Assembly (NCBI GenBank): GCA_013265495.1
Contig: MU061814.1
Location: forward strand, 2,023,680 to 2,087,679
Direction of reading: 5' to 3'
Source: Vicugna vicugna
Lineage: Eukaryota
DNA length: 64,000 nt
The notes below the pieces were generated by a model. The model worked only from the letters and a program-made list of their open reading frames with translations, was not told the origin of the DNA and did no database searches. The stretch's first letter is position 1; each line of letters starts with the position of its first letter. This document shows, one piece after another, positions 1-11,754 of the stretch. Position numbers and translations under genes: made by a program.

Positions 1-1862
1 AAATATGCATAAGATCTGTTGAGGAAAATGACAATATTCTGATGTACAAAATCAAAAAAGAACTAAATAAGTGGAGAGAGATTCCATATTGATGGTTAGG
101 AAAACTCAGTGTGGTCAAGGTGTCAGTTCCTCCCAACTAGATTCAATTGAATCCCAGTTAAAATCCCAGAGAGTTATTTTGTGGTTATCAACAAACTGAT
201 TCTGAAGTGTTTGGAGAGGGCAAAAGACCCAGAATAGCCAACACAACACTGAAGGAGAATGAAGTTGGAAGACGAACACTGCCTGATTGCAAGATATACT
301 ATAAGGACACAGTAATCAAGACAGTGATATTGGCAAAAGAATAGACAGACAGACCAATGGAAAATAGCCCAGAAACAGACCCCATAAATACAGCCAACCA
401 ATCTTTGACAAAATAGCAAAAGCAATAATAGAGAGAAAAGACAGACTCTTCAACAAATGCTGTTGAAACAACCGGACATCCACATAACAAAAAACAAAAA
501 AAAAAACAAAAAAAGGAATTTAGACACAGACCTTACATACATCACAAAAATGAACTCAAAATGGATCACAGACCTGCTAGCAAACTCCTGGAAGATAGTA
601 ACACAGAAAACCTAGATGCCCTTGGGTATGGAGAGGACTTCCCAGCTACAACACCAAAGGTACAATCCACAAAAGAAATAGCCAAGAAGCTAGACTTCAT
701 TAAAATAAAAATGTATGTTCCATGAAAGACACGGTTAAGAGAATGAGGAAGCAAGCCACAGGCTGGGAAAAAATATTTGCAGAAGACACATCTGATAAAG
801 GACTGTCATCCGAATAAACAAAGAACTCTNNNNNNNNNNNNNNNNNNNNNNNNNNNNNNNNNNNNNNNNNNNNNNNNNNNNNNNNNNNNNNNNNNNNNNN
901 NNNNNNNNNNNNNNNNNNNNNNNNNNNNNNNNNNNNNNNNNNNNNNNNNNNNNNNNNNNNNNNNNNNNNNNNNNNNNNNNNNNNNNNNNNNNNNNNNNNN
1001 NNNNNNNNNNNNNNNNNNNNNNNNNNNNNNNNNNNNNNNNNNNNNNNNNNNNNNNNNNNNNNNNNNNNNNNNNNNNNNNNNNNNNNNNNNNNNNNNNNNN
1101 NNNNNNNNNNACTTTGGAAGATGGTTTGGCGGCTTCTTACAAAACCAATCATAATCTTACCATATGATCCAGCAATCACACACCTTGGTATTTACCTAAT
1201 GGAGTTGAAAACCTGCACACGGATGTTTAAAGCACTTTTATTCATAATTACCAACACTTGGGAGCAACCAAGATGTCCTTCAGTGGATAAACGGATAAAC
1301 TTGGTCCATCCAGGTGTATATTACTTAGCGCTAAAAAGAAATGAGCTACCAAGTCTTGAAAAGACATGCAGGACTGTTAAAGGCATATTACTAAGTGAAA
1401 GAAGCCAATCTGAAAAGACTACATCCTATATTATTCTGACTGTATGGCATTCTGGAGAAGGCAAAACTATGGAGAGACTAAAAAGATCAGTGTGCTCCAG
1501 GGTTTGGGAGCATTGCATGGAGTGCTGACAGCAGAACACAGAGGATTTGTAGGGTAGTGAAAATACCGTGCATGACACCATAATGATGGATACATGTCAC
1601 TCATTTTTCCAAATTCAGAGAATGTACGGCACCAAGAGTGAGCTGTAATGGAAACCATGGATTTTAAGTGATGATGCCCTGTCAGTGTAGGTTCATCAAC
1701 TGGAACCAAGGTACCACTCTGGTCTGGGATGCAGATAATGGGGGAAGCTGTGCACATGCAGAGGCAGGGTTGTGTGTGTGGGAACTCTCTGTACCCTCCC
1801 CCCAATTTTTCTGTGAACTTAAAACTGCTCTAAAAATGATCATAATTAAAAAAATATATAAT
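1..1862 (+). mobile_element. LINE-1 fossil (L1MB/L1MC-type), ORF2 3' half plus 3' UTR, spanning the 830-1110 gap
   Basis: Typical L1 ORF2 strings (gacccagaatagcca, aatagcccagaaacagaccc, catatgatccagcaatc) and an L1M 3' end (ctgtgaacttaaaactgctctaaaa). Reading frames are broken. Confidence 0.9.
830..1110. other. Assembly gap (281 N)
   Basis: N run inside the L1. Confidence 1.
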
Positions 1863-1864
1863 GC

Positions 1865-3188
1865 ATGACATAGATAATTTGGAATCTTCTCTATCTGTCA
1901 AAAAAAAAAGCATTTCAGCTAGAAATGAGAAAACTAGTTTCTATGACGACAGATGATACTCCAGCTATGTTAGATCAAAAATTCAGATTTACTGGAATTT
2001 TAAAACAAGAGACGATGTTTCCCTTAACGTTTTGTTTCACTCTATGATACATATAAAATATTTCTGTTCAGCTTTCTGGAGCAGACTCTTGAGTACTGTC
2101 ACGGATACAACATTTAAAATCATTTCATATTTACTCACAAATGCTGTGAATCACCCTCAATGTAAAGAAGGGAAAGACAATGAGTTTAATGACTTTATGC
2201 TCTTTGCTCATTAGTTGAGTCATGAAAGAGTTTTACAAAGATTTGCTGCAGTGTTAACTCCAATTCAAGATTTCTTTGAAACAAAAGATACCCTTGCCAT
2301 GGAGTCTTTAATCAAAGACCAAAAAATGCGGGTTTGATTTAAAGTTTTCTCACTGTTCTCACACAACAAATGAAAGGCCTACATTTGAAGCTCCAAAGAA
2401 AAGAAAAGCTGACTGATGACCCAGCTAGACAGGTAGGAGAAATCATACTGAAACATACACCTTTCCTAAGACAAATCAGTAACAACTACTTTCACTTTTT
2501 TTCCAACGTGAATCAACATGCAGATTTTAATTGCAACTGACAACATTATGTAAATTGGCCACAAAAACTATTTTAAAAATTTGAGGGATGCTTTGTTGAT
2601 GATGAGAAATTTAGAGTTTCTTTTCAACTTATGTGATGCCTCAGTTGCAGACAATGGTAATAATACTGAGTTAGCACAAGACTTAGTGGATTTATTTAAC
2701 CTGGTTTTAAAACTGATACGTTTTTACTTCAAAGTCAAATCATTTCTAAAAAAGATGGACCAATTTTGTCAATGGGGACGCAACGATTCAAAGAAAACGA
2801 CTTTTTCATGCACAACGCAGTTATTGGAAAACTTTTCTGTACTTGGAATAATTTAGGAACAGGAGTCTACTTTTCTGACTGTAAACTTTACAAAATCTGA
2901 ATACAGATCAAGTATTTCTGATGAAAACTTCACAGCTAAGTTGACATGTACTGTAAGTGTGAAACGCCCATGCTAGATTTCAGAGATTTAAAACATAACA
3001 AAAAGAATGTAAAATATCTCATCAATAGTTTTGTATTCATCACATGTTGAAATGATATTTTATACACAGAAAATATTTTCTAAAAATTAATTTCATCTGT
3101 TTGTATTTTCTTTAGTGTGTTTCTGATTTTTTACCAGAAAAATTTAAATTACTCATGTGTCTGCCATTATATTCCTACCAAACAGCAA
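1865..3188 (+). mobile_element. hAT-Charlie DNA transposon fossil (Charlie5-like) with decayed transposase and MER33-like 3' end
   Basis: Translations KLVSMTTDDTPAML (1929-), FHSMIH, *LSHERVLQRF and ESTFLTVNFTKSEYRSSISDEN resemble hAT motifs. The 3' end tgtaaaatatctcat...aaatttaaattactcatgtg matches the MER33/MER3 terminus. Confidence 0.8.
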
Positions 3189-3296
3189 AGAGTTAGACTT
3201 TCTTTTCAGAAGAAATGAAGGTTACAGTAAGGAGATACCTTCCCTCCTTTGGCTCCTTGTCTCAGGCCATGGGTCCAATTCCAGTCTAATAAAGAT

Positions 3297-3500
3297 TGCA
3301 GAATGGTAGCCAGATCCAGTCAGCAAATTTGATTTTGTCCATGTCGGGTGTTTTAAAAAAAAAAACATGCGTTAGTTGCCAGCACAGAAAAATTGGAAAA
3401 TTACACACAAACATTCAGTTCTTGGCCTTCTTGGAAAAGCCAGATCCTGCCAATCTGAGCCCATATTTCCAAGTGGTGATACCTGGGCCAGAACCCAGTG
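3297..3500 (-). mobile_element. MER102-like hAT-Charlie fragment
   Basis: gccagatccag..tgttttaaaaa..ttagttgccagca..ttcttggaaaagccagatcctgcca resembles the MER102 reverse complement. Confidence 0.6.
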
Positions 3501-3639
3501 CCAAGCGGTCCTCCTTTGCCCAGCATGGCTCTGTTTATGAGCCAGTTTATCAGAGATGGGCGTCCAGAGATTGGCAGCCTCATTAAATTAATTAAGAAGA
3601 TTTTGTTCTTTCTCAGTAGTCTGATAAACTTTAAATGGA

Positions 3640-4260
3640 ATTACCGCCTCTTTGAAGATTAGCTTGAACCCACATAAACTCAAATTCATTTAAAGTATTT
3701 TTTATGAGAGATCATTGATAAACTTTTAAATTTCTTCCATGGCTTCTCTACATAGGAGTTTTTTAAGTCATCTTGTGTCAATTTTACATATTTATATTAT
3801 TCAAGAAAGTCATTGATTCACTCGATTTTTAAAAGTCCTCTTATAATTTTAAAATATCCTCTATAATTAAAAAACTCTTGTTCCCATCTGAGATCATATA
3901 CCCTTTCTCTATTTTTATGTTGCAAATATTTGTTTTACTCTTTTTATGATAGTAACAAACTATCAACTTGACTATTTTTCCTAATTAATTTTGGTTTTAA
4001 TCTCTCATAACTTTCTGTTTTCTGATTTATTTATATTGTTTCTTTTGTATTACTTACTTAAGTTATTAGTTCATTTATAGCCACTCACTCTTTTTATTTA
4101 ATAATAAAAACATTTAGGCTACAGAATTCCCTCTGAATGCAGCCTTGGCTACATCCAAGGCATTGCTACAAAATATTAATGCCTAAAAGAGCTACCATTT
4201 AAGTCTCCATTTCCTCCTTGATCTGAAAATTATTTAGAAGAGTATGTGTTAAGCTTTCCC
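3640..4260 (-). mobile_element. Old L1M ORF2 fragment, antisense
   Basis: T-rich; catttaggctacagaattccctctgaatgcagccttggctacatcc is typical antisense L1 ORF2. Confidence 0.6.
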
Positions 4261-4261
4261 A

Positions 4262-4650
4262 GTGAAATTATCCATCAACAAGAGAAAGAATCATTAAATT
4301 GTGGTACCTTCGTGCAGAGAAATACTACACAGCAATGAATAAGGAGACTGATACACACAACAGTATGTATGAATTTCAAAAACATCATGTTGAGCGAAAG
4401 AAGCCAGACACAGCAGACTACTTGCTGTATGATGACATTTGTACATGATTCAAGAGCAGATAAAGCTAATTGACGGTGACTGGGGTTAGAACAGCGGTTG
4501 CCTCTGGAGAGGGGGCATTGACTAGAAGCAGTGCGGAGGGATGTTTAGAAGGTTCTGGGTGCTTTTCCACGTATAAAAATTAAGGTGAATACTTAACATC
4601 TGTGCACTTTATGGTATGTAAGATATACTTCAATTTTTTAAGGGGAAAAA
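4262..4650 (+). mobile_element. L1M (ME/MB) 3' UTR fragment
   Basis: aatactacacagcaatgaa...atgttgagcgaaagaagccagacaca...aaggtgaatacttaacatctgtgcactttatggtatgta. Confidence 0.8.
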
Positions 4651-6189
4651 ATCTAATTTTCTTGTAAATATCATAAAGCATTATTGTCAGAGAATGTGGC
4701 CAGTAAATGATCTCTCTCTGGGACTTGTCAACATTTTCTTCCTGGCAAGAGTAATGGACCATGCTGATCCCTAGTCAGCATCCTTCTCCCCTCCCTCCTT
4801 CCCACCCCAACACTAATGTTGCTCTCTCCACGCAGCCCAGGGGGAAGCTGGCCCCATCCAGTCTGGAGCCAGTTACAAGTGGTCTCAGACATTGTGATGA
4901 GTCCATCCATCATGTTGGAGTTTCCAGGTCTAAGCCCATCTCTGTGTTCTCTTGGCAAAACGTTCAGAATTCGAGGGCAGCCATCTGATATCAGTTATCC
5001 CAAATATGACTACAGGGAAGGGCTTCTATTCCACTGATGGAAGGAAGTTCCCCTCACTTTCTCAGTGAGTCCTATCCAGGTCTTTGAAACAGGCCGCCCT
5101 TCCCAGACCTCCTGGGTGTGGGCTCATACATTTGCTCCTTGTTTAAAACCAAAACCAAAAAAACCTGTTTGAGTCCAGGTTTCTTCTCATTGCCACTAAG
5201 AACGGTTACCAGGGAGCCAAGCCCATGACTAAGCAGTGAAAGTACTCCATGGGTTGAGGAGAAAAATGCAGCTGTTCCTTTGGAACAAAGTTGTATTAAT
5301 AAAAAATAAATCCAGTTTGTTCATTGCGTTGCTCAAGTCCTTTATCTTCTTAAAGGCGATCTACCCACTATGAGAGGAGGATGTGGATGTCCCCTGCTGT
5401 GACCATGGCTATGTCGAGCCCGAGCCCTTGTATTAGAGCCTGTGTCCAGTCTGGTGGATTCAGATTTGTGCCCTCTTACATCATCTTGGTGGATGGTAGA
5501 TTTTATCAGTATAAAATACTTCTCTTTTTTCCTGTTTACTGCATTTGGTCTTCGGTTCTGCTTCATCTGATACTAACATTTCCACTCCGACCTTGGCTTT
5601 CCCCTTTTTGCCACCCCGTGTATCCTGGTTCACTACCATTAAACTTTCCAGATCATCTTATCTGAAGTATGACTCTAGGTAACAGTATATAGTTCGCTTT
5701 TGCTTTTCAAACCAAATCTGAGTCTTTCTCTCTCTACCTGTTTGATAACATACATTTGCCATCTAACTTTGTTTTGTGTTTACCATATTTTTTTCTTTCC
5801 TTTAATTCTGTTGAATTCATCAAGTTTTATTGTTCTCCAAATTTTCTTTTTGGACTTTGGAAATTTGACTACTGTTTCTGCCTTTAAAGATTTTTACCAA
5901 ACATATTTAAACCTTCATTTCTTTGTCAATATCAAAATTTCTTAAATATTTATTTCTTAACACCTCCACCCCTTGCCCAAAGGAAACCTGCAGACAACTT
6001 CTTTGAGCAAAGTATGTACAAACGACCCTCCCCCTCCAAACTGGTATTTTCTACCCTCCCCCCAATTGATTTCCTCCATCAAACTTATGGCCAACTGGCT
6101 GCTATCGATTGAGTTATTTTGTCTACTATCTTTCCAAACTAGCTCCAAGAGGGCAGAAATTTTTGTCTTTTTTCAGTCGTTATATCTCA

Positions 6190-6260
6190 AGGGCCTGGCA
6201 TAGTGTCTGGTACATAGTATGTGCTTTCTAAATGTCTGTTAAATAAATGAATGAATGCCT
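6190..6260 (+). mobile_element. L2 3' end
   Basis: gcctggcatagtgtctggtacatagtatgtgct...aaataaatgaatgaatg tail. Confidence 0.65.
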
Positions 6261-6324
6261 TTATATCTCTCTCTTCCCAGGCTATAAGTGATTTGGAATT
6301 TTTTTTCCTTGTTTATATAATTTA

Positions 6325-6495
6325 CCTATAGAACAACCTATGAGGCAAGTACAAGTGTTATGTCCACGTTGCAGGTGAGAAAATGTAAAGCCAAAAAGGT
6401 TAAGTCGTTTCAAGGTGACACAGGTTAGGAATGGCCAGGCTGGGACTTGAACTCAGATTTCCCCTATTTAAAATTTGCATTCTTAACCACTCTGC
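6325..6495 (-). mobile_element. MIR SINE
   Basis: caacctatgagg...caggtgagaaaat...aaggttaagt..caaggtgacacag..ggacttgaactcag. Confidence 0.75.
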
Positions 6496-7719
6496 TAGGC
6501 ACGTGCCTAACTCACCCCCCCACACACACACACACCACGTCGTAAATGCTTCCTTTCTGTCACCTCTCAGCTCAGGTGGAGAAAGCTCAGGATGAAACCC
6601 ACAAGTTCTCCTGATCAATGCCACCCCTCCCTCGGGGTCCAGCTCCAATGCCTCCTCTGTGATGCTTCTCCAGATCCCATCAGCCAGAATAAATCTGAAC
6701 TTGTTACCCTTTCTTTTTTGCCGATGGCTTATGTTTTAGATGTGTAGGAGTGAGCATCCTCTCAGCTCCCTAAGTAAACTGTTTCCTCCCCACAGGGCTC
6801 CATCTGAGGCCCCTGGCCTGACTGCTGCGCCCAGGACAGTCCCTGGCCACACTGAGGACTGAATTGCTGAGATGTGGTGCCAGTGGTCTTGAGCCATCCA
6901 GACCAAGATCCACCTCCCCCAGGCAGCCTTCCTGGACTACTTCTTGTAGCTGAATTTCAACTCTCCCTCTCTGACCTTTAACTGCAGTGAGAATTAATTC
7001 TAAGATTTCTGGTGCTTGGTTGTTCTCAGACAGAAGAAAAGGCAACCAAATGAAAGAGTGTCACTGCAAAGCCCCTGGGGAAGAAAGCAACGCAGGCTTG
7101 GAAGCATCATCTCTCCAGTGCTGCCCCCTTGTGGCTGGATCCTGTAACTCCAACCAGGCAACCAGATCTATTGCATGATTTTTCACCTACGGTCTGATTT
7201 CATGCCTAGCTGGCCAGCCCAGTGTTGCTCCAGAAAATTATTACACTCTGTTACCTTATTTTAAAATCCCTGCTACTTTCACCCAGAGATCACCACTTAG
7301 AGTTGCCCATGTATGACGCAGCTTGATTGCAAACCAACAACTGCATTTTGCAGCATCTGCTGTTGTGACTTCAAGTTTAGGGCTCAATTTTGAAAGTTCT
7401 GTTTGTTTCAGCAGAAACAACAGCGAATGGAGCAGACATATTTATTCCCTGTATCCATGAGTGAACATGTTAGTAAGGGAAGACAAACATTTAACAATAA
7501 TCCCAGATACAAGCACGCTTGTGATCACGGGCTGTGAATCCGACCATCGAGTACAGAAAATGATCGACGTCATTATGGCCCAAAGTCATGATGTCCCGTG
7601 CTCCATGCTGTCCTCTCGGACTCAAGGATACTGAAGTGCGACCACACTTCCCTGGGAGGAGAAGCCAGTACCAAGTGGGTCCAGGGCCCAGACTCAGGAA
7701 GTAAGCTTCTTGGATCCTC

Positions 7720-7885
7720 ACTCTGCCTGTTGCAACTTATTTGATCTGGGGTAAGTTATTCTGAAAAGCCTGCGTTTTCTCATTTGCATAATGAAAATAA
7801 TAATAGTGCCCACCTCACAGAGTTCTTGAGAATAGAGAATCGTGCTTTAACACCCAGTGCTGGGCATACAGTAAGCACTTAAGTG
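7720..7885 (+). mobile_element. MIR SINE
   Basis: ttttctcatttgcataatgaaaataataatagtgcccacctcacagagtt...cagtaagcactt core. Confidence 0.75.
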
Positions 7886-8184
7886 TAGCTCCTGTTTTAC
7901 TCACTTGTGTGCCCCGTGTATGAAGCTGGGTCTAAATCCTTCCTAACTGACTGACAGGCATTTATGTGCAGGTAGATTCCACTCTATAAAGGCAGGTTAG
8001 CACCAGCCACCTCTGCTTTCCTGGACAGTGGCAGGTCGGTGTTGAGGACAATGCCACGTAGGATACTATCAGATCCCTGCCCAACATCCACCCCCTTCTT
8101 TATGAACAGCTCCCAGGCTGGATTTGGGCATCAGTGGTCAGCTGTGGATCATGAAACATCCAAGTTGATTCAGAAATCTAGCTC

Positions 8185-8560
8185 CTCATTTTTCCAGCCT
8201 CCCTTGCAGCTAGGAGTGGTCATGTGGTTTGGCTCCAAGTGGCAATTTGACGATGGCTTTTCTGGGAAAGCTTTTCTTTTTCTGATAAATGAGTCGTGGC
8301 TAGCACAACCTTTTTCCTTTCTTCTTGCCTTGAACTCAGATGCAACATCTGGAGCTATGGCCACCTTCTTGTGACCATGAGGCAAAAGCATGAGTAAGAT
8401 AAGTCAATATGATGGGGATGGTGTAACAGAGAACTAGAAAAGGCTGATTCCCTGACAGCACAGTTGACAGCTGAGCTGAGAACCAAGAACCCACCTAACC
8501 ATGGCCTTGCTTTTAAGGAATCTAGGGCAGGTAGATTTTATTTAATCTGGTAGCTAAATG
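8185..8560 (+). mobile_element. MaLR solo LTR (old MLT1, J/K-like)
   Basis: ttccagcctcccttgcagctagg..ggtcatgtg..cttcttgccttgaactcagatg..tggagctatggccaccttcttgtgaccatgagg. Confidence 0.7.
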
Positions 8561-9042
8561 CATCCTTCATAGATTTGCTTTGCATGACCCCCAAGGAGCA
8601 GCTTTCATCGCAGGGAATTTTCTGAAAGTGGCTCTTCCCTCTTGGGGCTAGTTGGCAAGGTTAGTCTCCTCTGTTTGCCCAGACAGTGGACTGATCACTA
8701 AGAAGAGGAGACTTTTTGTCAAGAGGAAACCCAAAGCCTAGATATTTTTCTGCCTTCCCATGGCCTACATGGGTCCAGCCTGCAGGAAGATATCAGGGCA
8801 GTTAAATAAGATGTTCTCAGCCTCCCCTCACCAGCATTCATGATTGAAAACATGCGGCAGACTCAGTGACCCCAGAAAAGAATTCTGGGAAACTGCAGGT
8901 TCCTGAATTTCCAACCACCCCTCCTGATGGGCTTGCCAGTTTCTGCTCAGGGTTCTTGTTTATTATTATTAAAAATTCATGGTAGTTGGCCAACTGCATG
9001 AACTGCGAAATTCCTAGAGCCGGCAGGGGGTGGGGGGGTGGG

Positions 9043-9173
9043 CATATTGAAGTAATTTTATGGTTGTCATGCTTCAGGGTAAAAGGGGTTGGCATGTGCC
9101 CAAAACAACATTTTGAAATAATTTTATGGTTGTCATGCTTCAGGGTAAAAGGGGTTGGCATGTGCCCAAAACA
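9043..9173. repeat. Tandem duplication, 66-bp period, 2 copies
   Basis: 9053-9107 is identical to 9119-9173 (55 bp), with 2 mismatches in the leading 10 bp. Confidence 0.95.
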
Positions 9174-9904
9174 GCCACATCCCTCCCACCCCCTAGTTGG
9201 CACACATCCAGTGTGCGCTCCCAGAATGAACCCAAACCTGCCCTGCGTGATGGACACGATTCCCTTGACACATCAACCGGGGTCCTCTTGTCCTCGCTGC
9301 TCCACTGGAGGGACAGAATTCTTGACACCACTCCAATCCCAAACCCGTCCCTCCCCAGCCCTCCATCACGGTAACTGGTGCTAGCATCCAGCACCCAGGC
9401 GTCATTCCTGAGTCCCCTTTCTTTCATCCCCTGCCACCAACTCAATATCAGTCCTGCCGAAATATCCACCGACAACTTGCCGCTTCTCTGTAGCTCCACC
9501 ACTCACCAGCCCGGGCGCACTTCACCAGCCTTGCTCACCTGCAGGAAGAGGCAGTGCTTCCGGCCCTGCCCCACTTCCACCCACTCCCTCTCCGCAGCCA
9601 CAGTGCCCTTTGCATAACCCAGATTCGATCTTGCCACTCCCTTGCCAAAGCCCTGGCTTCCACTGCACAGAAAATCCAGGTGCCTGTGTTCGCTCTTCCC
9701 CGAGACCCACGAGCCCAGGTAGCCTGGCTCCTGCCTCCCATCGCCTTTGCTTGCTCTGCTCCAGCCTCAGTGGCCTCCTTTCTTTTCCTGGGACAGGCCG
9801 GTATCCCTTCGGCCTCCTAGCCTTCCAGCTTGCTGTTCCTCAGCCTGCACCATCTTTGTAGGCTTGGGGTCTCCACTGCCTCCAGAGCTCAGCTACCTTC
9901 CCTG

Positions 9905-10030
9905 CCCACTGTGGCTCGCTTAGCCCCGCCCACCGTGGCTCACGTAGCCCCGCCCACCATGGCTCTCTTAGCCCCGCCCACTGTTGCTCACGTAGCCCCG
10001 CCCATTGTGGCTCACGTCGCTCCCCCCACT
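9905..10030. repeat. 24-bp minisatellite, ~5.2 copies (consensus cccactgtggctcacgtagccccg)
   Basis: Units start at 9905, 9929, 9953, 9977, 10001 and 10025 (partial). Confidence 0.95.
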
Positions 10031-10299
10031 CTCCCCCATCACCCTCCGTCAGTCATCGTCTTATTTCCTTCGTGGCCGTCTTCACCAGCTGCAGTTGTCT
10101 TGTGGATTTATCTGACATTTGTCAGCTTCCCCGCGCTCTCTACCTCCAACTAGAACGTAGGGTCTTTCAGGGCAGGGGTTCTTCACTTCTGCCTTCCCAT
10201 TGCCTAGAGCATTGCCTGGAACTTAGTAAGTGCTCAGTACATTCTCACCGCTCCCGTGACTCTTCAAGTTGGAAGAAATCCAAAACACCATTTAGCATA

Positions 10300-10502
10300 G
10301 GACTGTAGATTTTGGAAGAATAAAGACGTGCAATATGCCAGTTAAATTTGAATTTCAAATAATTCAAATAAACAATGAATAATTTTTTTTAGTGTAAGTA
10401 TGTCCTCTGCAGCACTTGGGACATATTTGTACTAAAAACTTGTTCGTTGTTCATCTGAAATGCAGAATTAGCTGGGCACCCTGTACTTTTCCCAGCAACC
10501 CC
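10300..10502. mobile_element. MER53 palindromic hAT MITE
   Basis: ccagttaaatttgaatttca..aaacaatgaataattttt..gtatgtcc..gggacata..ttgttcatctgaaat..ctgggcaccctgta..gcaaccc. Confidence 0.85.
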
Positions 10503-10861
10503 AGTCTGATGGAGCTGTCACTTGCTCCTAAGACCCTGGTTTACAGTACTGGCTGGGAAGCTTCCTAGAATATCCCCACACTGCACCCTGGACAGAGTGA
10601 TTTGGCCTCTGGTTTTGGACCCAGCTGCTCCATGATTCTGGGCATTAGCCAAGTTTGAGGAGTGTGGTGCTGAATGTCTCAAAGCATGTCTAGCGAGAGA
10701 TGACCCCAGCTTTGAGGGGTGGGGAACTCACTGCCGACACTGGGAGCTCTGGCTATTGAGAAAAACTCCCAACGTCCTCTCTTCTCTACACAGAGGGAGG
10801 CAGCCCAGTCCCAACCTGCCTGGCCGGTCCCATCGCTCCACGTGCTTAATTCTAACTCCGG

Positions 10862-11245
10862 GAAGTGGGGAGAATGGTGGCCCCCAAAGGTTATGTCCAC
10901 AGCATAATCCCTGGAACCTGTGAACATGACCTTATTTGGAAACAGGGTCCTCGGAGATGTCAAGTTAAGGGTCTCTAGATGAGAGCATCCTGGATTTAGG
11001 GTGGTCCTAAATGGCTTCTGTCCTTGCAAGAAAAAGGAGGTTAGAGACATGGAGCAAAGAAGCCATGTGAAGATGGGGCAGTCTCCAGGAGCTGGGGGAG
11101 AGGCAAGAAAGGGAGTCTCCCTCCGAGCATCCACAGGGAACCAACGCCAACATCTTAGTCTCCAACTTCAGGCTCCAGAAATGGGAGAGAATTCATTTCT
11201 GTTTTAGCCACCCGACTTGTGGGGCTTCGTTGCCCCAGCCTGAGT
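10862..11245 (+). mobile_element. MLT1B/C MaLR solo LTR
   Basis: gaatggtggcccccaaa..tccctggaacctgtgaacatgaccttatttggaaacaggg..ttctgttttagccaccc. Confidence 0.85.
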
Positions 11246-11556
11246 CCTCAACTGGATTCCGGGCAAACTGAGGGCACTGACTGCTTCCTTTTTACACGCC
11301 CCCCCAGCACACACCGAAAGTGCCTAGCTTCTTCCTAGGGATGCAGCGAGAGCTTAAGACGAACCTAAAGATGAACTGAGGCCTGTTAATGACCGTTTTC
11401 CATGACACACTAAGATCTCAGGATCGGATAAATGAGAGGCAGTATAGTCTTTCGGTGGGTGACCCCGAGCAGGATTTCCTGAACGTTGCTTATTTGTACA
11501 CGGTATTGAAATGTGCAGCCCAAAGTAAAATGCATCCAAATGATGGCTCTTCACAG

Positions 11557-11754
11557 CAGGGGCTCTCAAACGCAGCCATGCATCCCCAGAGGTCTTGTTA
11601 AAACAGCCTGTCTTGCCGGACATCGCCCCCCGCCCCCCGCCCAGTTTCTGATCTGGTAGGGCACGTCAGGGACAAAGCCTGAGACTTTGCGTTCATAACA
11701 TACTCCCAGGCGAGGCCCATGCTGCTGGCCTGTGGGCCACACTTTGAGTAGCTG
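11557..11754. mobile_element. MER5A-like hAT MITE
   Basis: caggggctctcaaac..cttgttaaaaca..ctcccagg..gctgctggcctgtgggccacactttgagtagctg. Confidence 0.75.

Noticed and set aside
700-1179. ORFs spanning N runs (also 31958-32149, 32735-33297, 40788-41159)
   Set aside because: Their length is produced by translating assembly gaps as X.
2032-2856. Possible domesticated hAT transposase gene (ZBED/GTF2IRD2-like)
   Set aside because: Multiple stops and frameshifts, and key residues are lost (CxxH Cys, W of WLSR). It is a fossil.
7360-7430. Possible miRNA-like hairpin (gctgttgt ... acaacagc)
   Set aside because: Only an 8-bp arm plus a gapped 7-bp arm needing a ~19-nt bulge. This is not a credible precursor.
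8838-9384. ORFs on both strands with a duplicated 22-aa peptide
   Set aside because: A consequence of the 66-bp tandem duplication, with no coding evidence.
9905-10030. CRISPR-like array interpretation of the periodic repeats
   Set aside because: Eukaryotic DNA, head-to-tail units without unique spacers, and no cas genes.
9830-10153. ORF with repeated PPTVAHVA peptide
   Set aside because: It arises simply from the 24-bp (multiple of 3) minisatellite. There are no splice signals or homology suggesting a real protein.
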